A stretch of 64,000 bases of DNA from an uncultured Verrucomicrobiales bacterium (GTDB lineage Bacteria; Verrucomicrobiota; Verrucomicrobiia; Verrucomicrobiales; Akkermansiaceae). Position 1 is the first letter of the stretch; every line of letters begins with the position of its first letter. Below the pieces are notes generated by a model. That model had not been told where the DNA came from. It searched no databases and saw only the letters and a list, made by a program, of their open reading frames with translations. The position numbers and the translations under genes were made by a program. This document shows, piece after piece, positions 32,404-43,425 of this stretch. The stretch covers positions 2,041-66,040 of the forward strand of contig CALCHQ010000085.1 in the NCBI GenBank assembly GCA_937901085.1. The letters are read 5' to 3'.

Positions 32404-33327
32404 ATGAAAGTACTCATTACCGGCGGCGCCGGCTTCATCGGCTCCCACATTGCTGAGCATTACCAGGGTATCGCAGAGGAAATCCGCGTGCTGGATAACC
32501 TCCGTACCGGCTACAAGAAGAACCTCGACGGCCTCAAGGTCACCTTCATCGAAGGCTCCATCACCGACCGTGAACTCGTAGCCAAGGCCGTTGAAGGCGT
32601 AGACTACATCTTCCACATGGCCGCCATGGTCTCCGTGCCGGAATCCATGCAAAAGCCCCGCGAAACCGTAGATCTGAACGTGAACGGCCTGCTCACCGTG
32701 CTGGAAGAAGCCAGCAAGGCTGGTGTGAAGAAGGTCGTGCTTGCCTCCTCTGCCGCCATTTACGGCGACAACCCCATCGTTCCCAAGGTGGAGACCATGT
32801 ACCCCGAACCCAAGAGCCCCTACGGCATCACCAAGCTCGATGGCGAGTACTACATGGAAATGTTCCGCACCACTGGCCAAGTGAACACCGGCTGCTGCCG
32901 TTTCTTCAATGTATTCGGCCCGCGCCAGGACCCCAAGGGTGCCTACGCTGCCGCCGTGCCGATTTTCATGGAAAAGGCCATCAAGGGCGAGGATATCACC
33001 GTCTTCGGCGACGGCGAGCAGACGCGTGACTTCATCTACGTCAAGGACATTGTGGGTGGCCTCACCTTCGTGGCCGAACACCCGGAAGTAACGGGTGTCT
33101 ACAACGTGGGTTACGGTGGTCAGATTACCATCAACGACCTGGCCAACATCATTATTGATGCCGCCGGTTCCAGCTCCAAGGTCGTACACCTGCCCGAACG
33201 CCCCGGCGATGTGAAGCACTCCCGCTCCTGCGCCGACAAGCTCCGCAATGCCGGCTGGGCTCCCAAGCACACCCTGGAGGAAGGACTCAAGACCACGCTC
33301 GAATACTTCAAGAGCGTCACCAAGTAA
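32404..33327 (+). CDS. NAD-dependent nucleotide-sugar epimerase/dehydratase (GalE/WbpP-like)
   Basis: TGGAGFIGSH, ASSAAIYG, SPYGITK, FNVFGPRQDP, GDGEQTRDFIYV. Confidence 0.93.
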   Translation: MKVLITGGAGFIGSHIAEHYQGIAEEIRVLDNLRTGYKKNLDGLKVTFIEGSITDRELVAKAVEGVDYIFHMAAMVSVPESMQKPRETVDLNVNGLLTVLEEASKAGVKKVVLASSAAIYGDNPIVPKVETMYPEPKSPYGITKLDGEYYMEMFRTTGQVNTGCCRFFNVFGPRQDPKGAYAAAVPIFMEKAIKGEDITVFGDGEQTRDFIYVKDIVGGLTFVAEHPEVTGVYNVGYGGQITINDLANIIIDAAGSSSKVVHLPERPGDVKHSRSCADKLRNAGWAPKHTLEEGLKTTLEYFKSVTK

Positions 33328-33341
33328 ACGCATTCTCTTTC

Positions 33342-33376
33342 AGCCGGGGTTTCGACAGGAAACCCCGGCTTTTTTT
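33342..33376 (+). terminator. Intrinsic terminator
   Basis: agccggggtttc-gacag-gaaaccccggct plus T run. Confidence 0.8.
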
Positions 33377-33386
33377 GCTACCCGTC

Positions 33387-34067
33387 ATGTGCGACGACAC
33401 CCCGATGCGATTCCGAAGCTCCGACCTGCAGAAACTCGCGGCCGAAAGGCTTGCCAGACTGCAGGGCGAAGGGGTGGAACTGCACCCCGTGGTGAACAGC
33501 ACGAAAAAACTGGCGACCAACTTCTGGGGCTGCGCCTGGATGAAGCAGCTTGCCTGCTGTGAATCCGGCGGCATGTGCCTGGCACCGGGGAGAACCCTTC
33601 TGCGCCACGGCTGCGTCCTCGATATCCGCCTTGAACCCTGTGCCATCCACGCACTTGTCAGCGCGCAGGAACTGTACGAAGTCCACCTGAAACTTGCCCC
33701 TTTGGCTCCCGAACGACTGGAGGAGCTCTCCACCGCCTGCGGCAACCACATTGATTCAATGCTTTCCCTGATGGAAGGCAAGGTGGACGCTGCCGTTCTC
33801 CAGCAGCTCTGCGACCCGGAAACAGGGCTGCTGCCCACCCCGGCAGACTGGCACATGAACTGCAACTGCCCGGACTGGGCAGAACCCTGCCCCCACGCGG
33901 CAGCCGCCATCTACGCCGCAGGCTGCCTCATTGACACCGCCCCGCAGTATCTCTTCACCCTGCGAGGAATTGAGCCTGCATCCCTGCTACGCACCCCTGA
34001 TACCACCGGAATTGACACAGACCGGCTCTCCAGCCTGTTCGGTATCGAAATTGACAATGAGCTGTAA
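33387..34067 (+). CDS. SWIM zinc-finger protein
   Basis: FWGCAW, GRTLLRHGCV, CNCPDWAEPCPHAAA (CxCx5CxH), LFTLRG. Confidence 0.8.
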   Translation: MCDDTPMRFRSSDLQKLAAERLARLQGEGVELHPVVNSTKKLATNFWGCAWMKQLACCESGGMCLAPGRTLLRHGCVLDIRLEPCAIHALVSAQELYEVHLKLAPLAPERLEELSTACGNHIDSMLSLMEGKVDAAVLQQLCDPETGLLPTPADWHMNCNCPDWAEPCPHAAAAIYAAGCLIDTAPQYLFTLRGIEPASLLRTPDTTGIDTDRLSSLFGIEIDNEL

Positions 34068-34166
34068 AGCAGAACGCTCGACAAACGCACCTTCATCGCA
34101 AGATGGAGGATGCGGAATTCCACCATTGACTACAAATTCCCGGAATTCCTCCATGTTAGCATAAAG

Positions 34167-35216
34167 GGTAAATTGCAAGTTCAAATGCGACACTTTTTGA
34201 AAAAAGTGCATATTCAAGATTTTGCAGGGTAAAAATCAAGGCCAAGTTCTTTTGCTTTGTCTTTTGCAGACATGCCATCGAGGATTTTTCGGGGGTTTTT
34301 ATTCATCCAGAGAGCTAACCTTTGCACATCTTGTTGGCGTAATTTATCGAACGTAGTTCCCTTCGGCAAGAAACATCTGATAAATCTGTTTGCATTCTCG
34401 TTACTACCTCGCTCAAATGAGGAATAAGGATGGGCAAAATACACTCTTGTGCGCTTCTCGCTCTTGCTGAAAACCGATTTCTCAATACCTTCAAAGTTTT
34501 GAAACTCAACGCCGTTATCGCATGTAATGCTTTTGAACATAGAGTGAAAAAGCTCTTGCCCCATTTTGCGCTCCTGTCGATTGATTGCAGAAATGACACT
34601 TTTCTGCGTTTTATCCTTAATGAGAAAGATATGCTGAAAGCGGGTTACTCGTTCAGTGAGGACAAGCAGAGCTTTCCTACCCCCTCTTGCAGCAACGACC
34701 AGATCCATTTCATGATGTCCCGGTTCTTTTCTATCATTAACTTCCGCAGGGCGGTTTTCTATACTCTCTCCTTTAAGCTGCTTATGTTTATGGCATCGGA
34801 TAGGAACATCTCTTTTTCGTCTTCTATAACGCCCCATAGGTGATTGCTCGAGCTTTATGGGAAACCCCTGCCTTCCAGATGTGTCTGCGGGCAATTTCCG
34901 CAACAGACACTTTTTCTTTGAGCCATCGTTCAATTTACTGACGCTCAATGAGGGTTAAATGCTTGCTTTCAGATAACGCTTTGGTACAACTCGTCTGGGT
35001 GCTTTCCATATAGGTACGTGTTGTTTGTATTATTTTCAGTCCTGGCATTATGCCACCTGCAACACCGGAAAGCACCCTTTTTCTGTTTCATCACGGCCTG
35101 CGGGAGAAGGACTCATTGCCGTCCTTCCCCCACACCCCCATCCAGGCTAGGGCAGTTTGGGCACCCTGGGTGACTTTTTTGGGGCAACCCGGAGTCGCAT
35201 TTGTTTTTACACTTCT
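34167..35216 (-). mobile_element. Decayed IS30-family insertion sequence
   Basis: Imperfect terminal IRs sharing CAAATGCGAC (34182-34191 and complement 35194-35203); flanking 15-bp direct repeat CATGTTAGCATAAAG at 34152-34166 and 35217-35231; AT-rich. Confidence 0.85.
34214..35009 (-). pseudogene. IS30 transposase pseudogene
   Basis: N-terminus MESTQ...KHLTLIERQ*IERWLKEKVSVAEIARR has an in-frame stop, then jumps frame to an intact DDE core (SIENRP, GHHEMDLV, SITCDNGVEF, AHPYSSFERGSNENAN). Confidence 0.85.
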
Positions 35217-35317
35217 CATGTTAGCATAAAGTATGGGAAAACGCCATTTCCTGCTTGCCCTGGGACTCACTTTGTGATAGAACCACCGGATAGTACCAAA
35301 TGGTATCGGATCAAATT

Positions 35318-37885
35318 ATGCGAAAGAACATATTTCTTCATTCCATCGTAGCCACACTTACCGCGGCATGCGTTGGTGTAACGCTAGTGAGTTGTGATAA
35401 TCAATCTTCCAAACACCCGGCAGGCAAGGCTACTGCCGCCCAGAGCGAAGACTCCTTCACCTTGAGCAACAAGCTGCTTTCAGCCTCCTTCCTGTGGAAG
35501 GACGGCGGCGTGCAATTCGGAGGACTGAAAGGATCGGACGGCACCGAACTGCTGCAAAGTGGAGGTCCCGTATTCACCCTGAAACTGGCAAACGGCCAGG
35601 AAATGAGTTCGACCGATATGAAGGCCACCAAACCAGAGCTTATCAATCTGCAGCCGGATAACAAATCCCTGCAACTGGCGGCCCAGCTGCCCGGCCATGC
35701 TGTTTCCACCACTTTCACAGCTCCGGATGGTTCTTTCAGCATTGATTGGAAAGCCGTACTGAGGGAAAACTCGCACTACCTGCGCCAGGAATTCACCTTG
35801 AAAGCAACCGATAAACCCGTTCCCTTCAACAGCATCACCGCGCTGCAGGTGATTCCTACAGAAGCCGGTGGCATTCCCTCCATCTCCGGAAATACAACTC
35901 ACGGTACTGTGGCGATTACTGAAAAACTCTTCATGGGTCTGGAAACACCTATGTCTGTGATGACAGTCGGACAGCATGGGGCCGCTTTAGAAGACACCTG
36001 GAGTCCGGAAAGCTGGACTCCGGGTATGTTCGGCAGCGCCTTCAATACCCCTGAGAGCTTTGCGCCCATCTACGGCAACAAGTTCGATGCCAAAAACGGC
36101 CCCACGCTACGCGACCTCGCCGTAGCAGAAGGACCGGTGAACTTCCAGGAGCCAGGTGAACTTGTCGTCGATTTTGAGTACGAGCGAGGCAACCACCGCT
36201 TGAACATCGTCGGCGTGCAGCTGGTCACTTCTGCCGGCCAGGTGATTGCAGAGGACATCCACCCCGGATACACCGGACACAAATCCCAGGACGCCGAATA
36301 CCGCATGGTCGTTCCCGTGTCCGGCACCTATCACCTGCGCTACTGGGTGGAGAAGAAGACCGAACCCATCACCAGTAGCGGCCGCATCTCCCTTTCCCTG
36401 GCCATGGGCAACCCGGAAGAAACCACCGCCCCCGTTCCGGAGGACATGGTGCGCGGCACCTGGGTGCGTAAGACTGACCTGACCCAGGAATTCCCCTGGA
36501 AAGTGAACTCCGTCATCGGTCTCTTCAAGCCGGGCCAGCAGCGCCGTTCCTTCCTGCGCTACATTGAAAGGGAACGAGCTGTTCCCTACCGCCCCTTTGT
36601 ACACTATAACGACTGGTACGAGGTAGGCATTACACGCAATTTCGAAGCAGACCCTACAAAACGCAGCAATGAAGAACTTTCTCTGAGCATCCTGAACACA
36701 TGGAAGAAAGAACTCTTTGAGAAGCGCAAGACCAAACTTGACGCATACATACTCGACGATGGCTGGGACGATTTCAACAGTCTGTGGGGATTCCACATCG
36801 GTTTTCCGAACGGTTTCACCAAACTGAATGAGGTGGCAACGAGCATGGACTGCGGCATGGGCACATGGCTTGGTCCGGTGGGCGGTTACGGTGCAGCCAA
36901 GGGGATGCGCATCGGCTATTGGAACAAAACACACCCGAACAACCGCATCGCGAACTTCGAACTCTCGAACCCAGAATACTTCAACGCTTTCGTGGAACGC
37001 TGCTCTGACATGGTGAAGAAATACGACATGCGCTACTTCAAGTTCGATGGCATCTCCACCAAGTTCCATGCCAAGGGTCCCGGCGCTCTGGAAGACTGTG
37101 AGGGTATTCTGAATGTGCTTGCAGCCCTGCGCCAGGCCCGCCCGGATATCTATCTCAACACCACAGTGGGAACCTGGGCGAGTCCGTTCTGGTTCTTCCA
37201 TTCAGATTGCGTCTGGCGTCAGGAAAACGACTTTGACCAGATGGGCAACATGGGCGATGCCCGTGACCGCTGGATTACCTACCGCGACCGGCTCGTGCAT
37301 GAGGTATTCGTGGAGGGAGCTCCGCTCTTCCCCATCAATTCCGTCATGATTCACGGCACCATCATTACCAAGAATGGTCCGCCCCGCGTCATGAGTCAGG
37401 CCCCGGCCAACTGCATCAAGGAAATGCGCACCGCCTTTGCCAGCGGCTCCAGCCTCCAGGAAATCTACGCCGATTCCGATATCCTAAACAAGGATGGCGG
37501 CATACTCTGGGATGAACTCGCCAAGTGCATTGCCTGGGTACGCCGCAATACCGGTGTTCTGGCCGATACCCACTGGGTTGGCGGCAATCCCTGGGACAAA
37601 GCCAAGAAGGACGGCAACATTTACGGCTGGGCTGCCTGGTCGCCCACCAAGTGTACACTGACCCTTCGCAACTCCTCTGATAAGGAGAAGACTCTCTCCA
37701 CCACACTGCGCCAGGTTCTCGATATACCTGCAGAAGTCACAGGTGCCATCATCCTGCGCAGCTCTTTCGATGACCAGCGACTGCTCTCGGGCATCATGGA
37801 CAAAGCGGTTGACATCGACACCCCCATCAACTTCACGCTCCAGCCTCTGGAGGTGATTGTGATGGAAGGAGCCCCTGCCAAATAA
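35318..37885 (+). CDS. Secreted/lipoprotein glycoside hydrolase, clan GH-D-like (GH27/36-related)
   Basis: Lipobox LVSC; HYNDWY, ILDDGWDD, YFKFDG motifs. Confidence 0.65.
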   Translation: MRKNIFLHSIVATLTAACVGVTLVSCDNQSSKHPAGKATAAQSEDSFTLSNKLLSASFLWKDGGVQFGGLKGSDGTELLQSGGPVFTLKLANGQEMSSTDMKATKPELINLQPDNKSLQLAAQLPGHAVSTTFTAPDGSFSIDWKAVLRENSHYLRQEFTLKATDKPVPFNSITALQVIPTEAGGIPSISGNTTHGTVAITEKLFMGLETPMSVMTVGQHGAALEDTWSPESWTPGMFGSAFNTPESFAPIYGNKFDAKNGPTLRDLAVAEGPVNFQEPGELVVDFEYERGNHRLNIVGVQLVTSAGQVIAEDIHPGYTGHKSQDAEYRMVVPVSGTYHLRYWVEKKTEPITSSGRISLSLAMGNPEETTAPVPEDMVRGTWVRKTDLTQEFPWKVNSVIGLFKPGQQRRSFLRYIERERAVPYRPFVHYNDWYEVGITRNFEADPTKRSNEELSLSILNTWKKELFEKRKTKLDAYILDDGWDDFNSLWGFHIGFPNGFTKLNEVATSMDCGMGTWLGPVGGYGAAKGMRIGYWNKTHPNNRIANFELSNPEYFNAFVERCSDMVKKYDMRYFKFDGISTKFHAKGPGALEDCEGILNVLAALRQARPDIYLNTTVGTWASPFWFFHSDCVWRQENDFDQMGNMGDARDRWITYRDRLVHEVFVEGAPLFPINSVMIHGTIITKNGPPRVMSQAPANCIKEMRTAFASGSSLQEIYADSDILNKDGGILWDELAKCIAWVRRNTGVLADTHWVGGNPWDKAKKDGNIYGWAAWSPTKCTLTLRNSSDKEKTLSTTLRQVLDIPAEVTGAIILRSSFDDQRLLSGIMDKAVDIDTPINFTLQPLEVIVMEGAPAK

Positions 37886-37910
37886 AACAGGATCTATAAA
37901 CGGCAACACG

Positions 37911-37945
37911 GCCGGGCCAGCAAGCACCGCTTGCTGGCCCGGCTT
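37911..37945 (+). terminator. Terminator hairpin
   Basis: gccgggccagcaagc-acc-gcttgctggcccggc. Confidence 0.7.
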
Positions 37946-38010
37946 CTTCTCCACCTCTTTTTTGAGATAATGCTAAATTTACTACACCATCAGAAAGTCA
38001 ACATTTATGC

Positions 38011-38039
38011 TTGCCTATTCTAGAATGATTCGATACAAT
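38011..38039 (+). promoter_or_regulatory. Promoter with Fur/PerR-box-like palindrome in the spacer
   Basis: TTGCCT-17-TACAAT; spacer holds TAGAAT-G-ATTCGA imperfect inverted repeat. Confidence 0.55.
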
Positions 38040-38054
38040 GCAGGCAACAAAGTC

Positions 38055-38483
38055 ATGGCAATCACCAAAACAAGTTCCACCCGCAGCATGGCTACCAGTC
38101 TGGTACGCAACGCAGGAGTCCGTATGACTCAGCAGCGCCGCGCCGTTCTGGAAACAATACTGGCTTCGCACGACCACCCCACCGCCGCGCTCATCTTTGA
38201 ACGCACCAAGGCACACATGCCGGGGATTTCTCTGGCCACGGTCTACAACTGTCTGGAAACCTTGGCAGAAGCAGGCATCATCAACCACCTCAATTTCGAC
38301 AACGGCCCCTCCCGCTTCTGCCCCAACCTGCAACCGCACGTTCACCTGCTGGATGACACCAGCAACCGGGTTCTCGACGTACAACTCAAGCCCGGCCTGC
38401 GCCCGGAAGACATCTTTGATTTACCGGAAGGAACCTGCGTGACACGCATGGACGCTTGCCTACACGGCAATGTTCCTGTATAA
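38055..38483 (+). CDS. Fur-family transcriptional regulator (PerR/Irr-like)
   Basis: [30 protein letters not shown]. Confidence 0.9.
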   Translation: MAITKTSSTRSMATSLVRNAGVRMTQQRRAVLETILASHDHPTAALIFERTKAHMPGISLATVYNCLETLAEAGIINHLNFDNGPSRFCPNLQPHVHLLDDTSNRVLDVQLKPGLRPEDIFDLPEGTCVTRMDACLHGNVPV

Positions 38484-38494
38484 TACCCGCCGCA

Positions 38495-39244
38495 ATGAGC
38501 CTCATCATTAAAAACCTCCATGCGCGCGTGAAGGACGGCGCGCCGATTCTCAACGGCATCAATCTGGAAATCCCCAAGGGGGAGGTACACGCCATCATGG
38601 GGCCTAACGGCTCCGGCAAATCCACCCTTTCGAAGGTTCTTTGCGGGCATCCGGGGTACGAAGTCACCGCCGGCAGCGCAGAGCTGGACGGGCAGGATCT
38701 GCTGGCCATGAGCGTGGACGAACGCAGCCGCGCCGGGCTTTTCCTGGCTTTCCAGTATCCTGTGGAAGTCCCCGGCGTGACCAATGCCAATTTCATGCGT
38801 GCGGCTCTGCAGTCCCGCCTGCCCAAGGGCGAGGAAATCGATGCCGTGGCCTTCTACAAGGAACTGCGCGGCAAGATGAAGCAACTGGGCATGGACCCGA
38901 AATTCACCTCCCGCGCGGTCAACGAGGGCTTTTCCGGCGGCGAGAAAAAGCGCAACGACATCCTGCAGATGATGATGCTCACCCCCAGCTACGCCATTCT
39001 CGATGAAACCGACAGCGGGCTGGATGTGGACGCCCTGCGCATTGTCTCCGAAGGAGTGAACGCCATGCGCGCCCCTTTCCGCAGCTTCCTCGTCATCACC
39101 CACTACAAGCGCCTGCTGGACTACATCCGCCCGGATGTCGTTCACATCCTTTCCAAGGGGCAGATTGTCCGTACCGCAGGCTTTGAGCTGGTCGACCACA
39201 TTGAACAGCACGGCTTTGATTTCCTGAAGAGCGAGGAGGCCTGA
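38495..39244 (+). CDS. sufC: Fe-S assembly ATPase SufC
   Basis: [50 protein letters not shown]. Confidence 0.97.
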   Translation: MSLIIKNLHARVKDGAPILNGINLEIPKGEVHAIMGPNGSGKSTLSKVLCGHPGYEVTAGSAELDGQDLLAMSVDERSRAGLFLAFQYPVEVPGVTNANFMRAALQSRLPKGEEIDAVAFYKELRGKMKQLGMDPKFTSRAVNEGFSGGEKKRNDILQMMMLTPSYAILDETDSGLDVDALRIVSEGVNAMRAPFRSFLVITHYKRLLDYIRPDVVHILSKGQIVRTAGFELVDHIEQHGFDFLKSEEA

Positions 39245-39245
39245 G

Positions 39246-40646
39246 ATGGACGAATCCACTTTCCAGAGGGATACCCGCGGGGCGTTCTCCATGCCGGAGA
39301 ACCACAAATTTGACGCGGGCTACGGGCTTACCGAGCAGACCATCGACTACATCTGCGATGCCAAGGGCGAGCCGGACTGGCTGCGCCAGTTCCGCAAGGA
39401 CGCGCTCCGCAAATTCAACGAAATGCCCATGCCCTACCACTGGGCACCCGAAGGCATCCGGAACGTCGACTTCGAAAACTTCCGCTACTACCTCTCCCAC
39501 GGGGCCACCCCCAGCCGCAGCTGGGAAGAAGTTCCCGAAGACATGAAGCAGACCTTCGAACGTCTGGGTGTGCCGGAGCAGGAACGCGCGTTCCTGGCCG
39601 GTGTCGATGCCCAGTACGACTCCGAAACGGCCTACACCAACATGCGCGAGGAGCTGCAGAAGCAAGGTGTCATCTTCGTGAACTCCACCGAGGGACTCAA
39701 GGAATACGAGCATATCTTCCGCCCCTGGTTCGGCAAAGTCATCCCGGTGGGCGACAACAAATTCTCGGCTCTCAACCATGCGGCCTTCTCCGGCGGTTCC
39801 TTCATCTATGTGCCCAAGGGCGTGAAGCTCACCCAGCCGTTGCAAGCCTACTTCCGCATCAACTCCGAAAGCATGGGGCAGTTTGAGCGCACCCTCATCA
39901 TCGCCGATGAGGGCGCGGAACTCATGTACATGGAAGGCTGCACCGCCCCGCAGTACGACAGCGCCACCCTGCATTCCGGCGTGGTGGAACTCGTGGCACT
40001 CAAAGGAGCCAAAATCCAGTATGTCACCGTGCAGAACTGGTCCACCAATGTGTACAACCTGGTGATTCAGCGGGGTCTGGCCATGGAAGATGCCGAAATC
40101 CGATGGATTGACTGCAACCTGGGCTCCGGGCTTACCATGAAATACCCCTCCGTAGTGCTGCAGGGCCGCCGCGCCCGCGGTGAGGTGGTCAGCATCTCGC
40201 TGGCGCACAGCGGCCAGTTGCAGGATACCGGCGCACGCATGATTCATGCCGCCCCGGAAACCACCTCCAACATCGTGGCCAAGTCCATCTCCATCGGTGA
40301 AGGGCGCGCCAGCTACCGCGGCGAGGTCAAAGTCCTCAAAGGCATGAAGGGCTGCAAGAACAACACCGAATGCGATGCCCTGCTCATCAATGCCGCCAGC
40401 CGCACCGACACCTACCCCGCCATCACCGTCAACGGCAATGCCAGCGCCGTACAGCACGAAGCCTCCGTTTCCCAGGTGGATGAGGAAATGCTCTTCTACC
40501 TGCAGCAGCGCGGCCTCAACCGGGCTCAGGCCATGAGTCTGGCCGTCAACGGCTTCATCAACGATCTCGTCAAGGAATTCCCCATGGAATACTCCGTAGA
40601 ACTCCGCCGCCTTATCGACCTGGAGATGGAAAACTCCATCGGCTAA
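39246..40646 (+). CDS. sufB: Fe-S assembly protein SufB
   Basis: [51 protein letters not shown]. Confidence 0.97.
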   Translation: MDESTFQRDTRGAFSMPENHKFDAGYGLTEQTIDYICDAKGEPDWLRQFRKDALRKFNEMPMPYHWAPEGIRNVDFENFRYYLSHGATPSRSWEEVPEDMKQTFERLGVPEQERAFLAGVDAQYDSETAYTNMREELQKQGVIFVNSTEGLKEYEHIFRPWFGKVIPVGDNKFSALNHAAFSGGSFIYVPKGVKLTQPLQAYFRINSESMGQFERTLIIADEGAELMYMEGCTAPQYDSATLHSGVVELVALKGAKIQYVTVQNWSTNVYNLVIQRGLAMEDAEIRWIDCNLGSGLTMKYPSVVLQGRRARGEVVSISLAHSGQLQDTGARMIHAAPETTSNIVAKSISIGEGRASYRGEVKVLKGMKGCKNNTECDALLINAASRTDTYPAITVNGNASAVQHEASVSQVDEEMLFYLQQRGLNRAQAMSLAVNGFINDLVKEFPMEYSVELRRLIDLEMENSIG

Positions 40647-40667
40647 CCCACCAGAACTGCACCTGTC

Positions 40668-41780
40668 ATGGATTTTCCTGAAAGTAAGAGCATCGAAGAA
40701 GCCTTTGCCCTGGCCGAAGCCGAGGCAAAGCTCCATGCCGCCCTCACCGAAAGCAAGGCTCGCTTTGAAAACGCAGAGATTCCGAACCGGCTGAACGAAG
40801 ACTGGCGCTTCGGCCGACCGCACAAATACGCCACCGCCCTGGCAGAGCAGCTGCAGAGCGATACGCCCTCGCAGGGAGACTGCACGGTGCAGCATGCCGG
40901 CGAAGCAGCCGTTCCCGTCTGTGCGGAAGATGAGGATCTTCGCCAGACCGAGATGCTCATGCCCACCATCGGCTCGGATGCCCTGCTCGGCATGCACCTG
41001 AAGCGCTTCGGCAGCGGCTACGCGCTCTACATCGAAAAGGACACCAGAGAACCCATCCGCATCGAATACACCACTTCAGGCATCTTCACCCCCTCCACCT
41101 TCATCATGGTAGCCCCCGGAGTGAAGGCCGAAGTAGTCGAAAGCCACCGGGGACAGGGCGATAAGGCCACCATGTTCGCCACACGCAACATTCAGGTAGC
41201 AGAAGGCGCAAAGCTGAAACTCCTGCTCCACAGCGCCAGCATGGAACGCTACATGTGCATCACCAATATCCAGAACATGGGTGGCCAGGTCATTCAACTC
41301 ACCAAGCACGACTCGCACAGCTGGGCGCGTGAGGAAACGGTGGCCGAAATCTACGCCGAAGGATCAGACATCCAGCTCTACTCGGCCAACGAACCGAGTG
41401 ACAGCGTACTCGACCAGCACACCAGGCAGGTTCACCACGTGGGAGGGTCGACCAGCAACCTGCTCTACAAGAACGTGCTGAATGGCAAGGCAACAGCTAC
41501 CTTCGCCGGCAATATCTATGTAGCCCCCGGTGCGCACAACACCGACTCCTACCAGAGCAACCGCAACCTCCTGCTCTGCGAGGATGCCACCGTAAACTCC
41601 CTGCCCGGACTGGAGATTCTGGCAGACAGAGTGCGTTGTTCGCACGGCAGCGCCAGCGCACCTGTGGATGAAGAGCAGCTCTTTTACCTGCTTTCGCGCG
41701 GTATTTCCCACGCAGATGCCATTGATTTACTCTCCTATGGCTTCATCAAGGATGCCATAGAAAAATACGAGCAATCCTAG
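40668..41780 (+). CDS. sufD: Fe-S assembly protein SufD
   Basis: EDWRF, NRNLLL, PGLEILADRVRCSHG, EQLFYLLSRGI. Confidence 0.92.
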   Translation: MDFPESKSIEEAFALAEAEAKLHAALTESKARFENAEIPNRLNEDWRFGRPHKYATALAEQLQSDTPSQGDCTVQHAGEAAVPVCAEDEDLRQTEMLMPTIGSDALLGMHLKRFGSGYALYIEKDTREPIRIEYTTSGIFTPSTFIMVAPGVKAEVVESHRGQGDKATMFATRNIQVAEGAKLKLLLHSASMERYMCITNIQNMGGQVIQLTKHDSHSWAREETVAEIYAEGSDIQLYSANEPSDSVLDQHTRQVHHVGGSTSNLLYKNVLNGKATATFAGNIYVAPGAHNTDSYQSNRNLLLCEDATVNSLPGLEILADRVRCSHGSASAPVDEEQLFYLLSRGISHADAIDLLSYGFIKDAIEKYEQS

Positions 41781-41797
41781 CGTTCATCGTCTCTCTC

Positions 41798-43387
41798 ATG
41801 CCATACTCACCACTCCTGCGCCTCCTTTCGCTGGCGCTCGTTTCACTCGTGCCTCCCCTCAGCGCGGCCCTCATTCCGCAGCCGCTGCAAGTCGAACAGG
41901 CAGAACAGGCACCTGCCTTTGTCCTCCGCGACGGCATCCGCGTGGATAGTGCCACCAGCCATAGCGAACTGGGGCGCGCCGCCATCCGGGCGCTCATGGC
42001 AGCCGGCTTCACCATTCTCCCCGAAGAAAGCGCCGGCTCTTTGTCGGTACACCACATCGGACACGACAACCCGGAAGCCTGTACCATCTGCGTGACCGGG
42101 CAGCAAATCAGCATCGGTGTGGCCTCGCCCCTGGCCCTGCATGCGGCCGCCCAGACGCTGGCCCAGGCCGTTCAGTCCGGCCAGATTCCCGCTATGCGGG
42201 TGGCCGATGCCCCCGCGCTGCAGCACCGCGGCCTCATGCTCGACCCCTGCCGACACCCCATCAGCGTGAGCGATACGAAGCGCATTCTCAGGCTCATGGC
42301 GCGCTACAAGCTCAACCGCCTGCACTGGCACCTCTGCGATGACCAGGGCTGGCGCATCGAGATAAAGAAATACCCCCTGCTCACCCGGATTGGCAGCAAA
42401 CGCAAGGAAACCGCCTGCTGGATGAACCAATCGAAGAAGGATGGCAGGCCGGTGGAGTTCTTCTACTCGCAGGATGACATCCGCGAAGTCGTGGCATACG
42501 CCCACAGCCTCGGCATCATCATCATCCCCGAAATCGAAATTCCCGGCCATGCCAGCGCGGCCATTGCGGCCTACCCGGAGCTTGGCAACCAGGACTGCCC
42601 GGATTTCGCCCCCGGAGTTGCCACCGGCTGGGGCGTGTTCACCCATGTCATGGCGCCCAAAGCGTTCACCTTCCAGTTTATCGAGGAAGTGTTGGTCGAA
42701 GTCTGCGAACTCTTCCCCCGCGCTCCCTACATCCACATCGGCGGCGATGAAGTTCCCCGCGACCAATGGAAGACCAGCCCTGCAGCCCAGTCGTTCATGA
42801 AGCAGCACGGCTACACCCGCGAAAGCCAGATTCAGAACCACTTCACCCACTTGTGCGCGGAAATCCTCCGCAAGCGCGGCCGCCGCATGGTCGGCTGGGA
42901 TGAAATCATGTGCGCTCCGCAACTGCCGCAGGATGCCGTGGTCATGGCCTGGCGCGGCATGGACCACGCCCGCCTGGCCGCCCGCCGCGGGCACCAGCTC
43001 ATCCTCTGTCCTATTCACGCTTTCTACTTCAACTTCCCCTACGGCAAAAACCCGGAAAACCCGTTCTACTCCGGTCTTACCGGCTTCGATAACATCGACT
43101 GCGCCCATATCCTCAACTTTGACACCTCCGTTCCAGGAAACCAGGTCATCGGCCTGCAGGCCAACCTCTGGAGTGAATGCATCCCCGACATGAAGAAGCT
43201 GGAGTACATGCTCGTCCCTCGCATCTGCGCGCTGGCAGAACACGCCTGGCGCTACGGCACAGCCAACCGCCCGGACACCGACCACTTCATGCAGCGCCTC
43301 CAGGCTCACTACCCCTGGTTCGACACCCAGAAGCTCAACTACCGGCAGGACGACGGCACACCCCGCCTCCGGGACCAGGAAAGTTAA
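41798..43387 (+). CDS. GH20 beta-N-acetylhexosaminidase
   Basis: Signal peptide; HRGLMLD, LHWHLCDDQGWR, PEIEIPGH, HIGGDE, QANLWSE. Confidence 0.95.
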   Translation: MPYSPLLRLLSLALVSLVPPLSAALIPQPLQVEQAEQAPAFVLRDGIRVDSATSHSELGRAAIRALMAAGFTILPEESAGSLSVHHIGHDNPEACTICVTGQQISIGVASPLALHAAAQTLAQAVQSGQIPAMRVADAPALQHRGLMLDPCRHPISVSDTKRILRLMARYKLNRLHWHLCDDQGWRIEIKKYPLLTRIGSKRKETACWMNQSKKDGRPVEFFYSQDDIREVVAYAHSLGIIIIPEIEIPGHASAAIAAYPELGNQDCPDFAPGVATGWGVFTHVMAPKAFTFQFIEEVLVEVCELFPRAPYIHIGGDEVPRDQWKTSPAAQSFMKQHGYTRESQIQNHFTHLCAEILRKRGRRMVGWDEIMCAPQLPQDAVVMAWRGMDHARLAARRGHQLILCPIHAFYFNFPYGKNPENPFYSGLTGFDNIDCAHILNFDTSVPGNQVIGLQANLWSECIPDMKKLEYMLVPRICALAEHAWRYGTANRPDTDHFMQRLQAHYPWFDTQKLNYRQDDGTPRLRDQES

Positions 43388-43425
43388 CCCTTGACACACA
43401 TGCTTCAGGCGGGTAGGATGACCGC

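Noticed and set aside
34068..35260. Reading frame restored by removing the IS (…KWRFPILYANMEEFREFVVNGG…)
   Set aside because: Short, no recognisable family, no clear start
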